A stretch of 64,000 nt of DNA from an archaeon (GTDB taxonomy: Archaea; Undinarchaeota; CAZHTU01; JBDRCC01), in the NCBI GenBank assembly GCA_043822065.1, contig JBDRCC010000021.1:54691-118690 (forward strand), given 5' to 3'. The notes below the pieces were generated by a model, which ran no database searches, was not told where the DNA came from, and was given only the letters and a program-made list of their open reading frames with translations. The position numbers and the translations under genes are program-made. Positions 19,401-28,308 of the stretch are shown here, one piece after another (position 1 is the stretch's first letter; the number at the start of each line of letters is the position of its first letter).

Positions 19401-19514
19401 CAGCTCACGGACGGCGTTTCTGCAAGCCAGGTGAAGTTCGTGAAGCTGGCAAGGACGCTTGGCGAAATAGGGTATGGCGAAACGAAGGTGCGCATAAACT
19501 TCAGGAGGCAATAA
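16470..19514 (+). CDS. ileS: Isoleucine-tRNA ligase (archaeal/eukaryotic type)
   Basis: DGPPY, HVGH, DCHGLPIE, WTTTPWTLP, GTGCVHTAPGHG, WCISRQRYWG, EGLDQTRGWF and KMSKS motifs. Confidence 0.97.
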   Translation: MASQKFDPIKIEEEVLTYWKEKDLSALLKKKYEGKKKYYFLDGPPYMNMPPHVGHARTRAIRDLILKYKRMNGYDVRLQAGHDCHGLPIEVKVEEEIGSRTKDDIEAYGIDKFLAKCRERAERFVSVWSDFYERFGLHLWFDNPYMTMDNKFIESSWHFFKQAEKKKLLYKGSRIVEWCPRCETPLSNYEAADNYKDVSDISVYVRFPVSGKKNEHLLIWTTTPWTLPANMCVAVNPKFTYARVKHGGEILIMAKELAPAVMKACGIEQYAILDEFKGEKLLGTKYVHPLRDEVPIQKDFRDKNIHSVVFADYVTLEDGTGCVHTAPGHGTDDYNTGVKYKISLFSPVDEKGRMTKEGGKYAGEYVKDANRLVIHDLNQKKLLLKESAIEHRYAHCWRCGTPIVTRASAQWFIAVEKIRDKLIRENKKVQWVPAWAGEKRFHNWLEGARDWCISRQRYWGIPLPIWQCGCGKYEVLGSLEEIRKKAKFEGSPDLHKPFMDSLKWKCSCGKEMRRVPDIADVWFDSGSTTWTTLNYPQNPKEFERWFPVDFITEGLDQTRGWFYTLMVESVVCFDKAPYKTVLMNDFVQDKDGNKMSKSVGNVVDPYDVMKKHGADILRFYLISETQPWDQLKFNWDNVLITYKMANILWNSYRFSKTYMDLASFDPMQKPGASAEDKWLVSRTNSLVQEVTECFENFDLFTASRKLSTFISDDLSRWYIKLIRNRTDDPAALATLYYAITRLTRMLAPFMPFISEAIYRDLEGGASVHAEPWPATDKKAINRKLEDSMESAKQVFEAVSRARQRAGIKLKYPLRTLYAPKALEPVASVLKSQCNVKEVAFKTPDVSIRCKPLFAKLGPKFGLNAKDAVDRISKADPVALRKQLKKGAVKLGKYEILPEYVEFEDAMPKGIVAEETAAGRVYLDIAQDKELLEESLVREVIRNIQELRKLNNYMVGERILLEVETDKDAEEILKKYDTQLTDGVSASQVKFVKLARTLGEIGYGETKVRINFRRQ

Positions 19515-20965
19515 TGTACTCAAAAAAGCTGGACAATGCTGAACACGGCTTCTCTTTCTCTGACGCACTCCTTCTGCCGGAGGAATCCTCCATAGAGCCT
19601 ACGCAGGTCAACGTCTCGTCAGTTTTCTCCAAGGGCATACCGCTGAACCTCCCGGTCATCGCGGCTGCGATGGACACGGTCTCAGAGAAGCAGATGGCGG
19701 TGACAATGTCCCGCCTCGGCGGCTTAGCCGTAATACACCGCAACATGGGCCGCGAGGAGCAGGCAAGGCAGGTGCAGGAGGTCAAGGACGCCAGCTTCAT
19801 CAAGTTCTCAGTGCTCTCATGCTCACCAGACTCAACAGTCCAGCAGACCAGAAAGACCATGGAGGATAACAATGTCTCCGGCCTCCCAGTGCTTGAGGGC
19901 GACAAGGTCGCAGGGATAATCACCTACACCGACATACGATTCGCCGACAGCGAGAAGGGCAAGGTGCGGGACTACATGACAAAGGACCTCATCACCGTCC
20001 CGCTCGACATCCAGATGGACGAGGCGCTCAAGATAATGATGAAGAACAAGATTTCGCGCCTCCCGGTGCTCAAGGACAACAAGCTCATTGGAATAATCAC
20101 GGAGGGGGACATCCGCAGGGAGCAGGGGCATAAAAACGCCCTGCGCGACAAGACCGGAAGCCTGCGAGCGGTTGCCGCGGTCGGGCCGTTTGACATAGAG
20201 CGCGCCAGGATGCTCGACAAGGCAGGCGCGGACGCGATAGTCATCGACACGGCGCACGGGCACAACATGAACGTCGTCAACGGCGCAAAGAAGATAATCA
20301 AGGAAGTCAGCTGCGACGTCGTGGTCGGGAACATAGCCACTTCCAAGGCGGCGGAGGCGCTAATCTCAGCAGGCGCTGACGCAGTCAAAGTCGGCATAGG
20401 CCCTGGAAGCATCTGCACCACGAGGATAATCGCAGGCGTCGGGGTCCCGCAGCTGTCTGCCATCGCAGCAGTCGCAGACGTCGCCCACGAGCACAAAGTC
20501 CCGGTAATCGCGGACGGCGGGATAGTCTACTCCGGCGACATAGCCAAGGCGATAGCCGCAGGCGCGGACTGCGTCATGATAGGAAACCTCCTCGCCGGCA
20601 CGGACGAGGCGCCGGGAAGGCTCACAATCGTAGAGGGGCGGAAATACAAGCAGTACCGCGGGATGGGCTCGCTCGGCGCGATGGCAACCTCCGCAGACAG
20701 GTACTTCCAGGACGGGGTCGCGAAGGCAAAGACGGTCCCGGAAGGAATAGAGGGGCTTGTCCCGTACAAGGGCCCGGTAGCGGATGTACTCCACCAGCTT
20801 GTCGGCGGGCTCAGGGCGGCGATGGGATATGTCGGCGCAAAGAGCGTGCCGGAGCTTAAGAAAAAGGCAAGGTTCATCCGCATGACTCCGGCCGGGGTGC
20901 AGGAGTCCCACCCCCACGATGTCCTTATAACCGACGAGGCGCCCAACTACTACAAAATAAGATAA
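19514..20965 (+). CDS. guaB: IMP dehydrogenase with CBS pair
   Basis: AAMDTV, GIGPGSICTTR (catalytic Cys), IADGG, YRGMGS and PEGIEG motifs. Confidence 0.97.
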   Translation: MYSKKLDNAEHGFSFSDALLLPEESSIEPTQVNVSSVFSKGIPLNLPVIAAAMDTVSEKQMAVTMSRLGGLAVIHRNMGREEQARQVQEVKDASFIKFSVLSCSPDSTVQQTRKTMEDNNVSGLPVLEGDKVAGIITYTDIRFADSEKGKVRDYMTKDLITVPLDIQMDEALKIMMKNKISRLPVLKDNKLIGIITEGDIRREQGHKNALRDKTGSLRAVAAVGPFDIERARMLDKAGADAIVIDTAHGHNMNVVNGAKKIIKEVSCDVVVGNIATSKAAEALISAGADAVKVGIGPGSICTTRIIAGVGVPQLSAIAAVADVAHEHKVPVIADGGIVYSGDIAKAIAAGADCVMIGNLLAGTDEAPGRLTIVEGRKYKQYRGMGSLGAMATSADRYFQDGVAKAKTVPEGIEGLVPYKGPVADVLHQLVGGLRAAMGYVGAKSVPELKKKARFIRMTPAGVQESHPHDVLITDEAPNYYKIR

Positions 20966-20996
20966 TTTTTTATAGCCCCGGCGATTATGGTAAACC

Positions 20997-21647
20997 ATGT
21001 ACATTATACTTGCCGGAGGGGGCAAGCTCGGCGAGTCCCTGGCAGCAATCCTTGTAAAGAAGAAGCACGACGTAGTTGTCATTGAGATGCTGAAGCCCAG
21101 AGCCGAAGGCCTTGCCGAGCGGCTTGACGCACTTGTGCTCGAAGGCGACGCGACCAACCTTGAACTCCTTATGCACGCCGGGATAGAAAAGGCGGATGCC
21201 GTAATCGCCATGATGGGCGCCGACACGAAAAACCTCATGGTCTGCGAGCTTGCAAAAAAGAAGAAGGTAAAGAAGATACTCACCCGGCTGAACGAGTCGT
21301 CCAACATGCAGGTCTTCGTCGGGGTTGCCGACACCATAATCGACCTGTCAAGCGTCACGGTCTCAGCATTCCTGAACGCAATCACAGTCACGAGCGAATA
21401 CGTCATGGACACCCTCTGCGAGGGGAAGGTCCAGCTCGTCCAGGTGCCGATAGCCGCCGGCTCAAAGATGATTGGCAAGACGCCCTCAAAAATCGAAATC
21501 CCTGAAATACACATGAGCATCCTCATTGAGCGCGGGGGCGAGACGATATTCAACCCGTCCGAGACGGAGCTCCGGGAGGGCGACATGCTGTACGTGCTTG
21601 CGAAGTCGGAGGCTGTCGAGAACTTTGTCAAGAAGATAAAGAAGTAA
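20997..21647 (+). CDS. trkA: Trk potassium uptake NAD-binding subunit
   Basis: IILAGGGKLG Rossmann (RCK-N) motif, GDAT, and an RCK-C domain. Confidence 0.92.
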   Translation: MYIILAGGGKLGESLAAILVKKKHDVVVIEMLKPRAEGLAERLDALVLEGDATNLELLMHAGIEKADAVIAMMGADTKNLMVCELAKKKKVKKILTRLNESSNMQVFVGVADTIIDLSSVTVSAFLNAITVTSEYVMDTLCEGKVQLVQVPIAAGSKMIGKTPSKIEIPEIHMSILIERGGETIFNPSETELREGDMLYVLAKSEAVENFVKKIKK

Positions 21648-21648
21648 C

Positions 21649-23073
21649 ATGCGCAGCGTACTATACTATACCGGGCTGTCCCTTTCCATTCTCGGTCTTC
21701 TCCTTTTCGTCCCGGCTGCGGCGGCTTATTTACTATCCGAGCCGGTGGCGCCATTCCTCATAGCCTCTGCCGCAAGCATCATCCCCGGGCTGATCCTCCT
21801 TAAACTCGGCCGCAGGTCTGACCTCTCCCTAGGGCGGGCGTTCATCTTTGCGACTGCCATCTTCCTGCTTATGGCCCTTGTCGGCTCAATCCCCTTCCTC
21901 CTTTCAGAGGGATTCACAGGCGGGCTGCTCGACGCATACTTTGAGTCAATGTCCGGTTTCACCACAACCGGGCTGAGCCTGATAACAAACGTTGAAGCCC
22001 TGCCGGGAAGCCTTCTCATCTGGCGGAGCTTCACCCAGTGGATTGGCGGGATAGGCATCGTCGTCCTCTTCCTTTCCCTCCTTGTCCAGCCTGGAATCTC
22101 CTCCTACTACCTTTCCAAGGTCGAGGGAAAAGACCAGCGCATCTGGCCTTCAATCGTCAAGACAAGCAGGGAGCAGTTCGGGATATACCTCCTCTATACC
22201 GCCCTTGGCGCAGGCGCCTTCATGCTCATAGGCCTCTCCGCTAAGGACTCCATAATCCATGTCTTTTCCTCCGTCAGCACGGGCGGCTTCTCCTCATACA
22301 ACTTCAGCGTCGAGGCGCTTGAGGCGCTCGGCAACCCATACCTCGTCGACATGGTAGTCATAATACTCATGGTCGCGGGCTCGACCTCTTTCCTCCTCCA
22401 TTCCAAGCTCCTCCGCGGCGATTACAAGAGGTTCATCAAGAACAGCGAGGTCAGGCTGTTCTACATCATAATCCTCCTGGCATCCGCCATCCTCGCATAC
22501 GACCAGTACCTTGCGGGGCAGAGCCACTTCATCAAGAACGCGGTCTTCCAGTCGTTCTCAGCCCTTACCACAACCGGCTTCGTGAACATAGACATTGCAT
22601 CCATGTCAACCCTCGGGCAGTACATACTGGTGGTTCTCATGGTCCTCGGAGGCTCTTCCGGCTCGACATCAGGCGGAATAAAGATGATTCGGCTCCTGAT
22701 ATTCATCAAGTCGCTCTCCTACGCCCTGAAAAAGGCGATACTCCCGCCCGAGTCGGTCATCCCGTTCAAGATAGGCGACAACTCATTCGAGCAGCCGGCG
22801 GTCCTCGTCCTCGTCGGCTATTCTCTCCTCTACCTAATCCTCCTGGGGCTTGGCACGCTTGTGATAGTCGCGGACGGGTTCACATTCATGGAGTCCCTGT
22901 TCGAGTCGACATCCGCCCTCGGCACGGTCGGCCTGACGCTTGGAATCACAGCAAAGCTCGGCACTGCGAGCAAGATAGTGGTCATCCTTGAGATGCTCCT
23001 TGGCAGGCTTGAAATCCTCCCAGTGTTCGGCACCCTGCTCATGCTCACAAAATACGGAAGATTCTCCGAATAG
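21649..23073 (+). CDS. trkH: Trk potassium uptake membrane subunit
   Basis: FESMSGFTTTGLS, QWIGGIG, STGGFS, GSTSGGIK, SALGTVGL and LGRLEI motifs. Confidence 0.95.
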   Translation: MRSVLYYTGLSLSILGLLLFVPAAAAYLLSEPVAPFLIASAASIIPGLILLKLGRRSDLSLGRAFIFATAIFLLMALVGSIPFLLSEGFTGGLLDAYFESMSGFTTTGLSLITNVEALPGSLLIWRSFTQWIGGIGIVVLFLSLLVQPGISSYYLSKVEGKDQRIWPSIVKTSREQFGIYLLYTALGAGAFMLIGLSAKDSIIHVFSSVSTGGFSSYNFSVEALEALGNPYLVDMVVIILMVAGSTSFLLHSKLLRGDYKRFIKNSEVRLFYIIILLASAILAYDQYLAGQSHFIKNAVFQSFSALTTTGFVNIDIASMSTLGQYILVVLMVLGGSSGSTSGGIKMIRLLIFIKSLSYALKKAILPPESVIPFKIGDNSFEQPAVLVLVGYSLLYLILLGLGTLVIVADGFTFMESLFESTSALGTVGLTLGITAKLGTASKIVVILEMLLGRLEILPVFGTLLMLTKYGRFSE

Positions 23074-23074
23074 T

Positions 23075-23126
23075 CCGACCCTTTCTTTTTAGAAAAAAGA
23101 AATGGTACGCTATCCAAAGAAAAACT
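23075..23126. repeat. Dispersed Y-R-R hairpin/triplex-type repeat, copy C
   Basis: CCGACCCTTTCTTTTTAGAAAAAAGAAATGGTACGCTATCCAAAGAAAAACT; close match to copy D. Confidence 0.75.
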
Positions 23127-23155
23127 ATCTTAGTCCTCGCTCCGCTCGGAGTTAT

Positions 23156-23194
23156 AAAAAAAGAAAAAAGGAGGCAGGAAGAGATATCCTGCCT
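23156..23194 (-). terminator. GC hairpin plus U-tract terminator of the lipoprotein gene
   Basis: Minus strand AGGCAGGA-TATCTCT-TCCTGCCT followed by CCTTTTTTCTTTTTTT. Confidence 0.7.
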
Positions 23195-23205
23195 TTTGCC
23201 TCCGC

Positions 23206-24675
23206 CTATGTGCTTGCGCTCGACAGGTAGAGGTTTGTTATGGTCCCGCTTGCCGACTTGCCCTGGTAGGTGAACCCTATCGTCAGGGTCGCTGGGTCAG
23301 TCGTCGAATAAATCGATGACGTGCTCGCCGGCCAGCCCTCTCCCTGCGGGAAGTCGAGGTATATCAGGAACGGGCCGAGATTATCGGCGTTTATATCTGG
23401 CGATGCTGTACTCAATACATCATCAGCCTCAAGAACTTTGTGCACCGTAAGCGGGTAGCTCTTGGTGTTCTCGTTCCTTATGCTTGCAGACCAGATGCCC
23501 GTGTTGCTGAATGTCTCATTGCTCGTTATGCCGTTGAAGCTGGCGTGCGCAACGACTACGAGGTATTCGTCCGTGTCCTGTATCTGCCAGGCGGTCGTGC
23601 TTGTGCCGTCAACGTTTATGGGCGCAGCGCCGTCCATCCTCTTCGCCATGAAGTTAAAATTGTACGGCGTTCCGGCAACCTTTATGCTCTTGACATACCC
23701 GGTGCCGCCTGCGTACAGGTCCACAGCGTCGTCCTTCCCGAGGTTGAGCTCGGTGTAGGTGGAGATTGCCTCAACCATCACGGTTGCTTCGCTCTCCTGG
23801 AAGTACCTGTACCTGACGTTTGCGACCATCGGGAACCTTGTCTCCCTTATCGGCGCGTCAACCAGGCTGAACTTGCAGCTGAGCGTCTTCTGCCCGTTGA
23901 TGAGCTTCAGGTCCTCTGCGAGGAGAACCCTGCTCGCGTCATCATAGTCGAAGTCGCAGTCCGCGGTCGGCTCGAAGTCGCTTGACAAGTCGCTGATGTC
24001 TACCCTTATGGAGTCTATGACATCAAGGTCGCCGTCAATGCTCTTTATTATCCCGTCGCCGTCGTTCCTTATGGTGAACCTGACGCTTGTCGCGCCGTCG
24101 CCCTCAGGGTCTGCCCTGAGCGGGTTCTGCGCTATCACCGACACGGAAATCGGGGCGTTCGAGCACTGGACGCCGGCGTCTATTGCCGTATCGCCGCTCT
24201 TCTGCCTCTGCCTCCATTCGTCATTCGGTATGAAGACTACGTCGGCCTGGCCGGATGAAACATAATCATAGCTGAGCCTTGCCTTGACATTTATAGTCTG
24301 GGACTCAAGCGTGCCAAGGTCTGCTGGGGCCTTAAGCTCCCACTCAGTCACCGCTGGCGCCTCTATTCCCTCGACATGCTCCTCAAGGTCTCCAAGGCTC
24401 TGGACTAGGCTTTCGCCCGCCTTTTTAGTGAGACCTCCAAGGCTTGTTATCTCAGCCTCTGTGCCTGTTGCTTGGGCGTCGCCCATGTTCTCAACTTTCA
24501 TCAAAAATACAATGTCTTCCCCAACGAGGATGCTTGGTACATCCGGCTGGAAAAGCTGTATCACTACCCCGCTGACATCGTCGGGCGTGCAGGTGCCCAT
24601 GGCGTCTCCGCCACCGCCTCCGCTTATGCACCCGAGTGCGAGAAGGGGCAATAACAGTACTAGATATCTCTTCAT
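23206..24675 (-). CDS. Acidic surface lipoprotein with Ig-like/CARDB-type beta-sandwich domains
   Basis: MKRYLVLLLPLLALGC lipobox, Gly linker, VENMGD and IRNDGDG strand motifs; GGAGG SD upstream. Confidence 0.75.
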   Translation of the reverse strand: MKRYLVLLLPLLALGCISGGGGGDAMGTCTPDDVSGVVIQLFQPDVPSILVGEDIVFLMKVENMGDAQATGTEAEITSLGGLTKKAGESLVQSLGDLEEHVEGIEAPAVTEWELKAPADLGTLESQTINVKARLSYDYVSSGQADVVFIPNDEWRQRQKSGDTAIDAGVQCSNAPISVSVIAQNPLRADPEGDGATSVRFTIRNDGDGIIKSIDGDLDVIDSIRVDISDLSSDFEPTADCDFDYDDASRVLLAEDLKLINGQKTLSCKFSLVDAPIRETRFPMVANVRYRYFQESEATVMVEAISTYTELNLGKDDAVDLYAGGTGYVKSIKVAGTPYNFNFMAKRMDGAAPINVDGTSTTAWQIQDTDEYLVVVAHASFNGITSNETFSNTGIWSASIRNENTKSYPLTVHKVLEADDVLSTASPDINADNLGPFLIYLDFPQGEGWPASTSSIYSTTDPATLTIGFTYQGKSASGTITNLYLSSAST

Positions 24676-24761
24676 TTATATGCCTCCTTTAAAGGATAGT
24701 AGCAGTTTTCGCGCTTCCTCTATTTAAAGGTTTTTATATTAGGAAACCCTTTCTCTTGGGC

Positions 24762-25139
24762 ATGGAACCTGAGGAAATGCCAGAGGGGATACCTGGCGGG
24801 GACGAAGAGCCAATAGTCCCCTCATTAGATACCGCGAAAAAGTCACTTATTAAGTCAGGCCTCGGCTGGAAGCTCGGGGTGGTCGTGGTCGCAGTAATCC
24901 TAGCAGTTATTATGATTCGGTTCTTCCCGAAAGCGGAGGATACCACCAGCTTTGTCGACAGCCAGACCGAGGGCGTGGTTGACACTGAAACCCGGTTTGT
25001 CTCCTCATGCCAGGGCTCAGCCTGGTTCACAAGCGGCTGCAAGGGCCCTCCGTCGGATGACGTAATCGCATCTGCAGAGGGGAACATAGGAACGACAGAC
25101 GAAGCGACAATCAGGCGCCTTTGCCAGTGCTGGAGTTAA
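24762..25139 (+). CDS. Hypothetical single-TM protein
   Basis: Acidic N-terminus, one TM helix and a Cys-containing C-domain; TATA ~25 nt upstream. Confidence 0.65.
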   Translation: MEPEEMPEGIPGGDEEPIVPSLDTAKKSLIKSGLGWKLGVVVVAVILAVIMIRFFPKAEDTTSFVDSQTEGVVDTETRFVSSCQGSAWFTSGCKGPPSDDVIASAEGNIGTTDEATIRRLCQCWS

Positions 25140-25372
25140 ACCTTCTTCAGAAACCTAACGATTTCTTCCCTTTTCTTAATGGTCCAGTATACCGGCTTGC
25201 CGACTCCGAGCTTGTTCATTACAACAAAGCCCTCGTCGAGCAGCTTCCTAAGGTACTTGTTGGCCGTAGTCGTAGCCATGTGCGCATGCCTTGCAATCTG
25301 GGCAGTGTGCGCAATTCCCTCCTTCATGAGGTATTCTAGTATTTTTACCATCCAAGGGTCGTGCTCTATCAT
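25136..25372 (-). CDS. Small winged helix-turn-helix transcriptional regulator
   Basis: KILEYL...AHTAQIARHAHMATTTANKYLRKLLDEGFV...YW; GAGGTGA SD upstream. Confidence 0.85.
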   Translation of the reverse strand: MIEHDPWMVKILEYLMKEGIAHTAQIARHAHMATTTANKYLRKLLDEGFVVMNKLGVGKPVYWTIKKREEIVRFLKKV

Positions 25373-25394
25373 CTTTCACCTCAACAAACCAATG

Positions 25395-25431
25395 CTCCCT
25401 CTGCGTGGAAACCCAATCCATCAGAAGGGAG
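25395..25431 (-). promoter_or_regulatory. Hairpin/inverted repeat in the 5' leader of the wHTH gene
   Basis: Minus strand CTCCCTTCTG-ATGGA-TTGGGTT-TCCA-CG-CAGAGGGAG, located between the TTTATAAA box and the SD. Confidence 0.5.
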
Positions 25432-25498
25432 GTATTTTTATGTGCCGAGCCATTTATAAATCTTTCTATTTCCGCCCAACCTTTATTTCCAGTCGAGA

Positions 25499-25804
25499 CT
25501 ATTCAGCTAAATATGCCTGGGCGTGCGGCACTCCGCATATCCTGAAAACACCCTCCGGCTTGACCAAGCCGAGCTCAATCCCTATCGCGACAGCCTTCTC
25601 GCCGACGAGGTTAATCGAATCCGCGTCCCGGAGCCTCACCCTGACCTGCTCGGGGGTAGCCCTCTCGCCGCGGTAGAACGAAGCATGCGCCTTGAGGTCA
25701 AGAATCCGTCCTGTCTCATCGTCCTCGAACACCTTGTCTATGCAGTCGCAGTCGCATACCGCGACGATGACCTTCCTGTCCGCGCGCATGACCTTCATGT
25801 ACAT
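25499..25804 (-). CDS. DUF424-family protein
   Basis: IVAVCD...FYRGE...ADSINLVGEKAV...GVPHAQ pattern. Confidence 0.88.
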   Translation of the reverse strand: MYMKVMRADRKVIVAVCDCDCIDKVFEDDETGRILDLKAHASFYRGERATPEQVRVRLRDADSINLVGEKAVAIGIELGLVKPEGVFRICGVPHAQAYLAE

Positions 25805-25834
25805 AACCAGAATTTCTCCGCGCGCTTAATATAA

Positions 25835-26719
25835 TTATCCGATTAGGTATACCCCGCCCAGTATCAGCAGGGTTGCCACGAGCTTTATCCAGAATGACCC
25901 TCCGCTCGAATCCTCTTTGACGATCTGCGGCATCACCTTACCCAACACAGTCGTATAAAACAGGACAAACAGCGGCTGCACTGAGACCAGCCCCACGACA
26001 AGTGACACAAGGCCGCCTGTCAGCGCACGGATATACATCAGCCAACCCACAAATGCTATTGAAAACGAGGAAAAGACAAGAAGGACCGGCTTTGGGCCAG
26101 ACACATCCCCCCTAAAATCATCCCTATAACTCTTCTTAGCCCAGAGCGACAGCCCTGCCAAGCCAGCCCCCAAGTAAACTGCACTTATTATCAGGACGTA
26201 GTCCGCCAGCCCGGTCGCCCACTTTGTCCAGACATCTATAATCGCCCATATGAACCCTGCGAGCACCATCATCAACGCAGCGTCGCTTCTCTTCAAAATC
26301 CCTGAAACCTTTCTGAAGCTTATCAGGACGGCGCCTGCAATCACCATAATGACGCCAGCATAGCCCTGCGCCCCCGCCCGCTCCCCGAGCAAAAGCGCGG
26401 CAAGTATGAGCACAAAAATCGGAGCGACGTATATCATGGGCACAACCCGCGACGCCTCCTCGACTTTCAGCCCCTTGAAGTACAGCATTACTGCAAAGAA
26501 GTTCAGCGCCCCGATAATTAAGCCCCCGTAAAGGATATTCCTCGGCAGGCTGCCTCCCTGAAACGCCCACACTGCGGCGCCGAATATCAGGTTTAGGGGC
26601 GCACCAAGCATGATGACCGACAGCGGGTTCCTTATGTGCCTGTCTATGATATTCTTGTCAATAACATTCCCTACCGCCCATACGGCGCCCGCAGCTATCG
26701 CAAGCCAGTACCATAACAT
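25835..26719 (-). CDS. EamA/DMT family transporter
   Basis: Two EamA halves, ~10 TM helices, EASRVVP and LLGER motifs. Confidence 0.88.
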   Translation of the reverse strand: MLWYWLAIAAGAVWAVGNVIDKNIIDRHIRNPLSVIMLGAPLNLIFGAAVWAFQGGSLPRNILYGGLIIGALNFFAVMLYFKGLKVEEASRVVPMIYVAPIFVLILAALLLGERAGAQGYAGVIMVIAGAVLISFRKVSGILKRSDAALMMVLAGFIWAIIDVWTKWATGLADYVLIISAVYLGAGLAGLSLWAKKSYRDDFRGDVSGPKPVLLVFSSFSIAFVGWLMYIRALTGGLVSLVVGLVSVQPLFVLFYTTVLGKVMPQIVKEDSSGGSFWIKLVATLLILGGVYLIG

Positions 26720-26753
26720 AACCCTTTTAATTCTCAGCCCGGTTTATATCAGT

Positions 26754-27701
26754 ATGCGAACCCTCTGGCTCGAAGACAGCAAACTGAAGATGGTCGACCA
26801 GACGCTTCTCCCGCACGAGAAGAAAATCATCGAATTGTCAACCGTCGAGCAGGTCGCAGCATCCATCAAGACCATGCAGGTCCGCGGCGCCCCGGCAATC
26901 GGCGTCGCAGGCGCGTACGGCATGGCAATTGCAAAGCTCACAGGCTGCGACCTGAAAAAAGCCGCAGCCCTCCTCACGTCCACCCGCCCCACCGCATACA
27001 ATCTCTTTTACGCTGTCGACCGCTGCCTCAAGTCCAAGGATCCTGTCAAGGAAGCGGCCCAGATAAACACGGAAGAGCTCGGCCGGTGCAAGAAAATCGG
27101 CGAAGTCGGCTCAAAGCTAATCAACGACGGCTGTAAAATCCTCACCCACTGCAACGCAGGCGCGCTTGCCTGCCCGGACTACGGCACCGCACTCGCTCCG
27201 GTCTACCACGCCCACGCTTCCGGCAAGAAAGTCCATGTCTACGCGGACGAGACCCGCCCCCGCCTTCAAGGGGCGAAGCTCACCTGCTTTGAACTAAAGG
27301 AGCATGGAGTCCCGTTCACCCTGATAACTGACAATATGGCCGCTTATCTCATGAAGACACAAAAAATTGACCTCGCCATCGTCGGTGCCGACAGGATAAC
27401 TGCCAACGGCGACTTTGCAAACAAAATAGGCACGTACTCGCTAGCGATAAACGCCAGCTACCACAAGGTGCCGTTCTACGTCGCGGCGCCGTTCTCCACA
27501 ATCGACTTCTCCCTGACGTCCGGCGACCAGATAAAAATAGAGGAGCGCCCGCCAGATGAAGTGAGAATCATCAACGGAAAGCCAATTTCGGTCGAGTGCA
27601 ATGCCTGGAACCCGTCATTCGACGTCACACCAGCCAAGCTCGCCGCCGGGATAATAACTGAAAAAGGGATTTTCAAGCCGTCCGGGCTACCGCAGGAATA
27701 G
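26754..27701 (+). CDS. mtnA: S-methyl-5-thioribose-1-phosphate isomerase (eIF-2B-like family)
   Basis: DQTLLP, VRGAPAIG, TRPTAYNL, THCNAG, ETRPRLQG, GADRI, NKIGTY and NPSFDVTP motifs; start MRTLW at 26754. Confidence 0.92.
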   Translation: MRTLWLEDSKLKMVDQTLLPHEKKIIELSTVEQVAASIKTMQVRGAPAIGVAGAYGMAIAKLTGCDLKKAAALLTSTRPTAYNLFYAVDRCLKSKDPVKEAAQINTEELGRCKKIGEVGSKLINDGCKILTHCNAGALACPDYGTALAPVYHAHASGKKVHVYADETRPRLQGAKLTCFELKEHGVPFTLITDNMAAYLMKTQKIDLAIVGADRITANGDFANKIGTYSLAINASYHKVPFYVAAPFSTIDFSLTSGDQIKIEERPPDEVRIINGKPISVECNAWNPSFDVTPAKLAAGIITEKGIFKPSGLPQE

Positions 27702-28229
27702 CAGGACCAGAGTCAGGGCAAAATAAATCACGAACAGGGTCTCGTCCCCGTACATCTTCTTCATTGAATGGGCAAGCACGTACAGGTAGCCGATAAAGCC
27801 GAGTATTATGCTCCCAAAGAATATCACGAAGTTGGCAAGGTTGTAGCCCATAAGGTACACAAAAGATGCAACCACCGTCGTTGCAACACTCACAAAGAGC
27901 ATCGGCCCGAAAGAATACCCAACTATCTTGAATATCTGCCGCGGCTCCTCCTTGTATCCGGCGACCTTCGCTGCAACCACCAACACAGCCCAGGAGTACA
28001 CCCAGAACCCGCCGAGGGAAATAAAGCCCATGAATATGACGCTAGGGAGGATGAGCGTCCAGTTGGGCATGTAGATTACCGGGATGATAAAAGCGCTCGG
28101 GAGAAGCAGGAATATGCTGGCGAGTATCCATATCAGCAAAGGGACGTGCACACTTTCCTTGGAGTACTTGACCGCCTTCTCTGGCTCCCGTATCAGCTCC
28201 ATAATCAGCCCATATGTCTTTCTTAGCAT
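27687..28229 (-). CDS. Yip1-like membrane protein
   Basis: LIREP at the N-terminus, ~5 TM helices and the FKIVGYSFGP motif. Confidence 0.65.
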   Translation of the reverse strand: MLRKTYGLIMELIREPEKAVKYSKESVHVPLLIWILASIFLLLPSAFIIPVIYMPNWTLILPSVIFMGFISLGGFWVYSWAVLVVAAKVAGYKEEPRQIFKIVGYSFGPMLFVSVATTVVASFVYLMGYNLANFVIFFGSIILGFIGYLYVLAHSMKKMYGDETLFVIYFALTLVLLFLR

Positions 28230-28308
28230 AATACAGGTAAATCTGCCGTCCTATATAAAACTTGACAATACAGTAAAGCTTATACATTAGGCAGACTAGA
28301 TTAATCTG

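Noticed and set aside
20366-21754. 462-aa minus-strand ORF, and other long antisense ORFs such as 16986-17795, 33467-34114 and 44471-45214
   Set aside because: These are shadows of well-supported genes (guaB/trkA, ileS, TSP3 protein, pckA) produced by GC-biased codon usage; they have no motifs or start signals.
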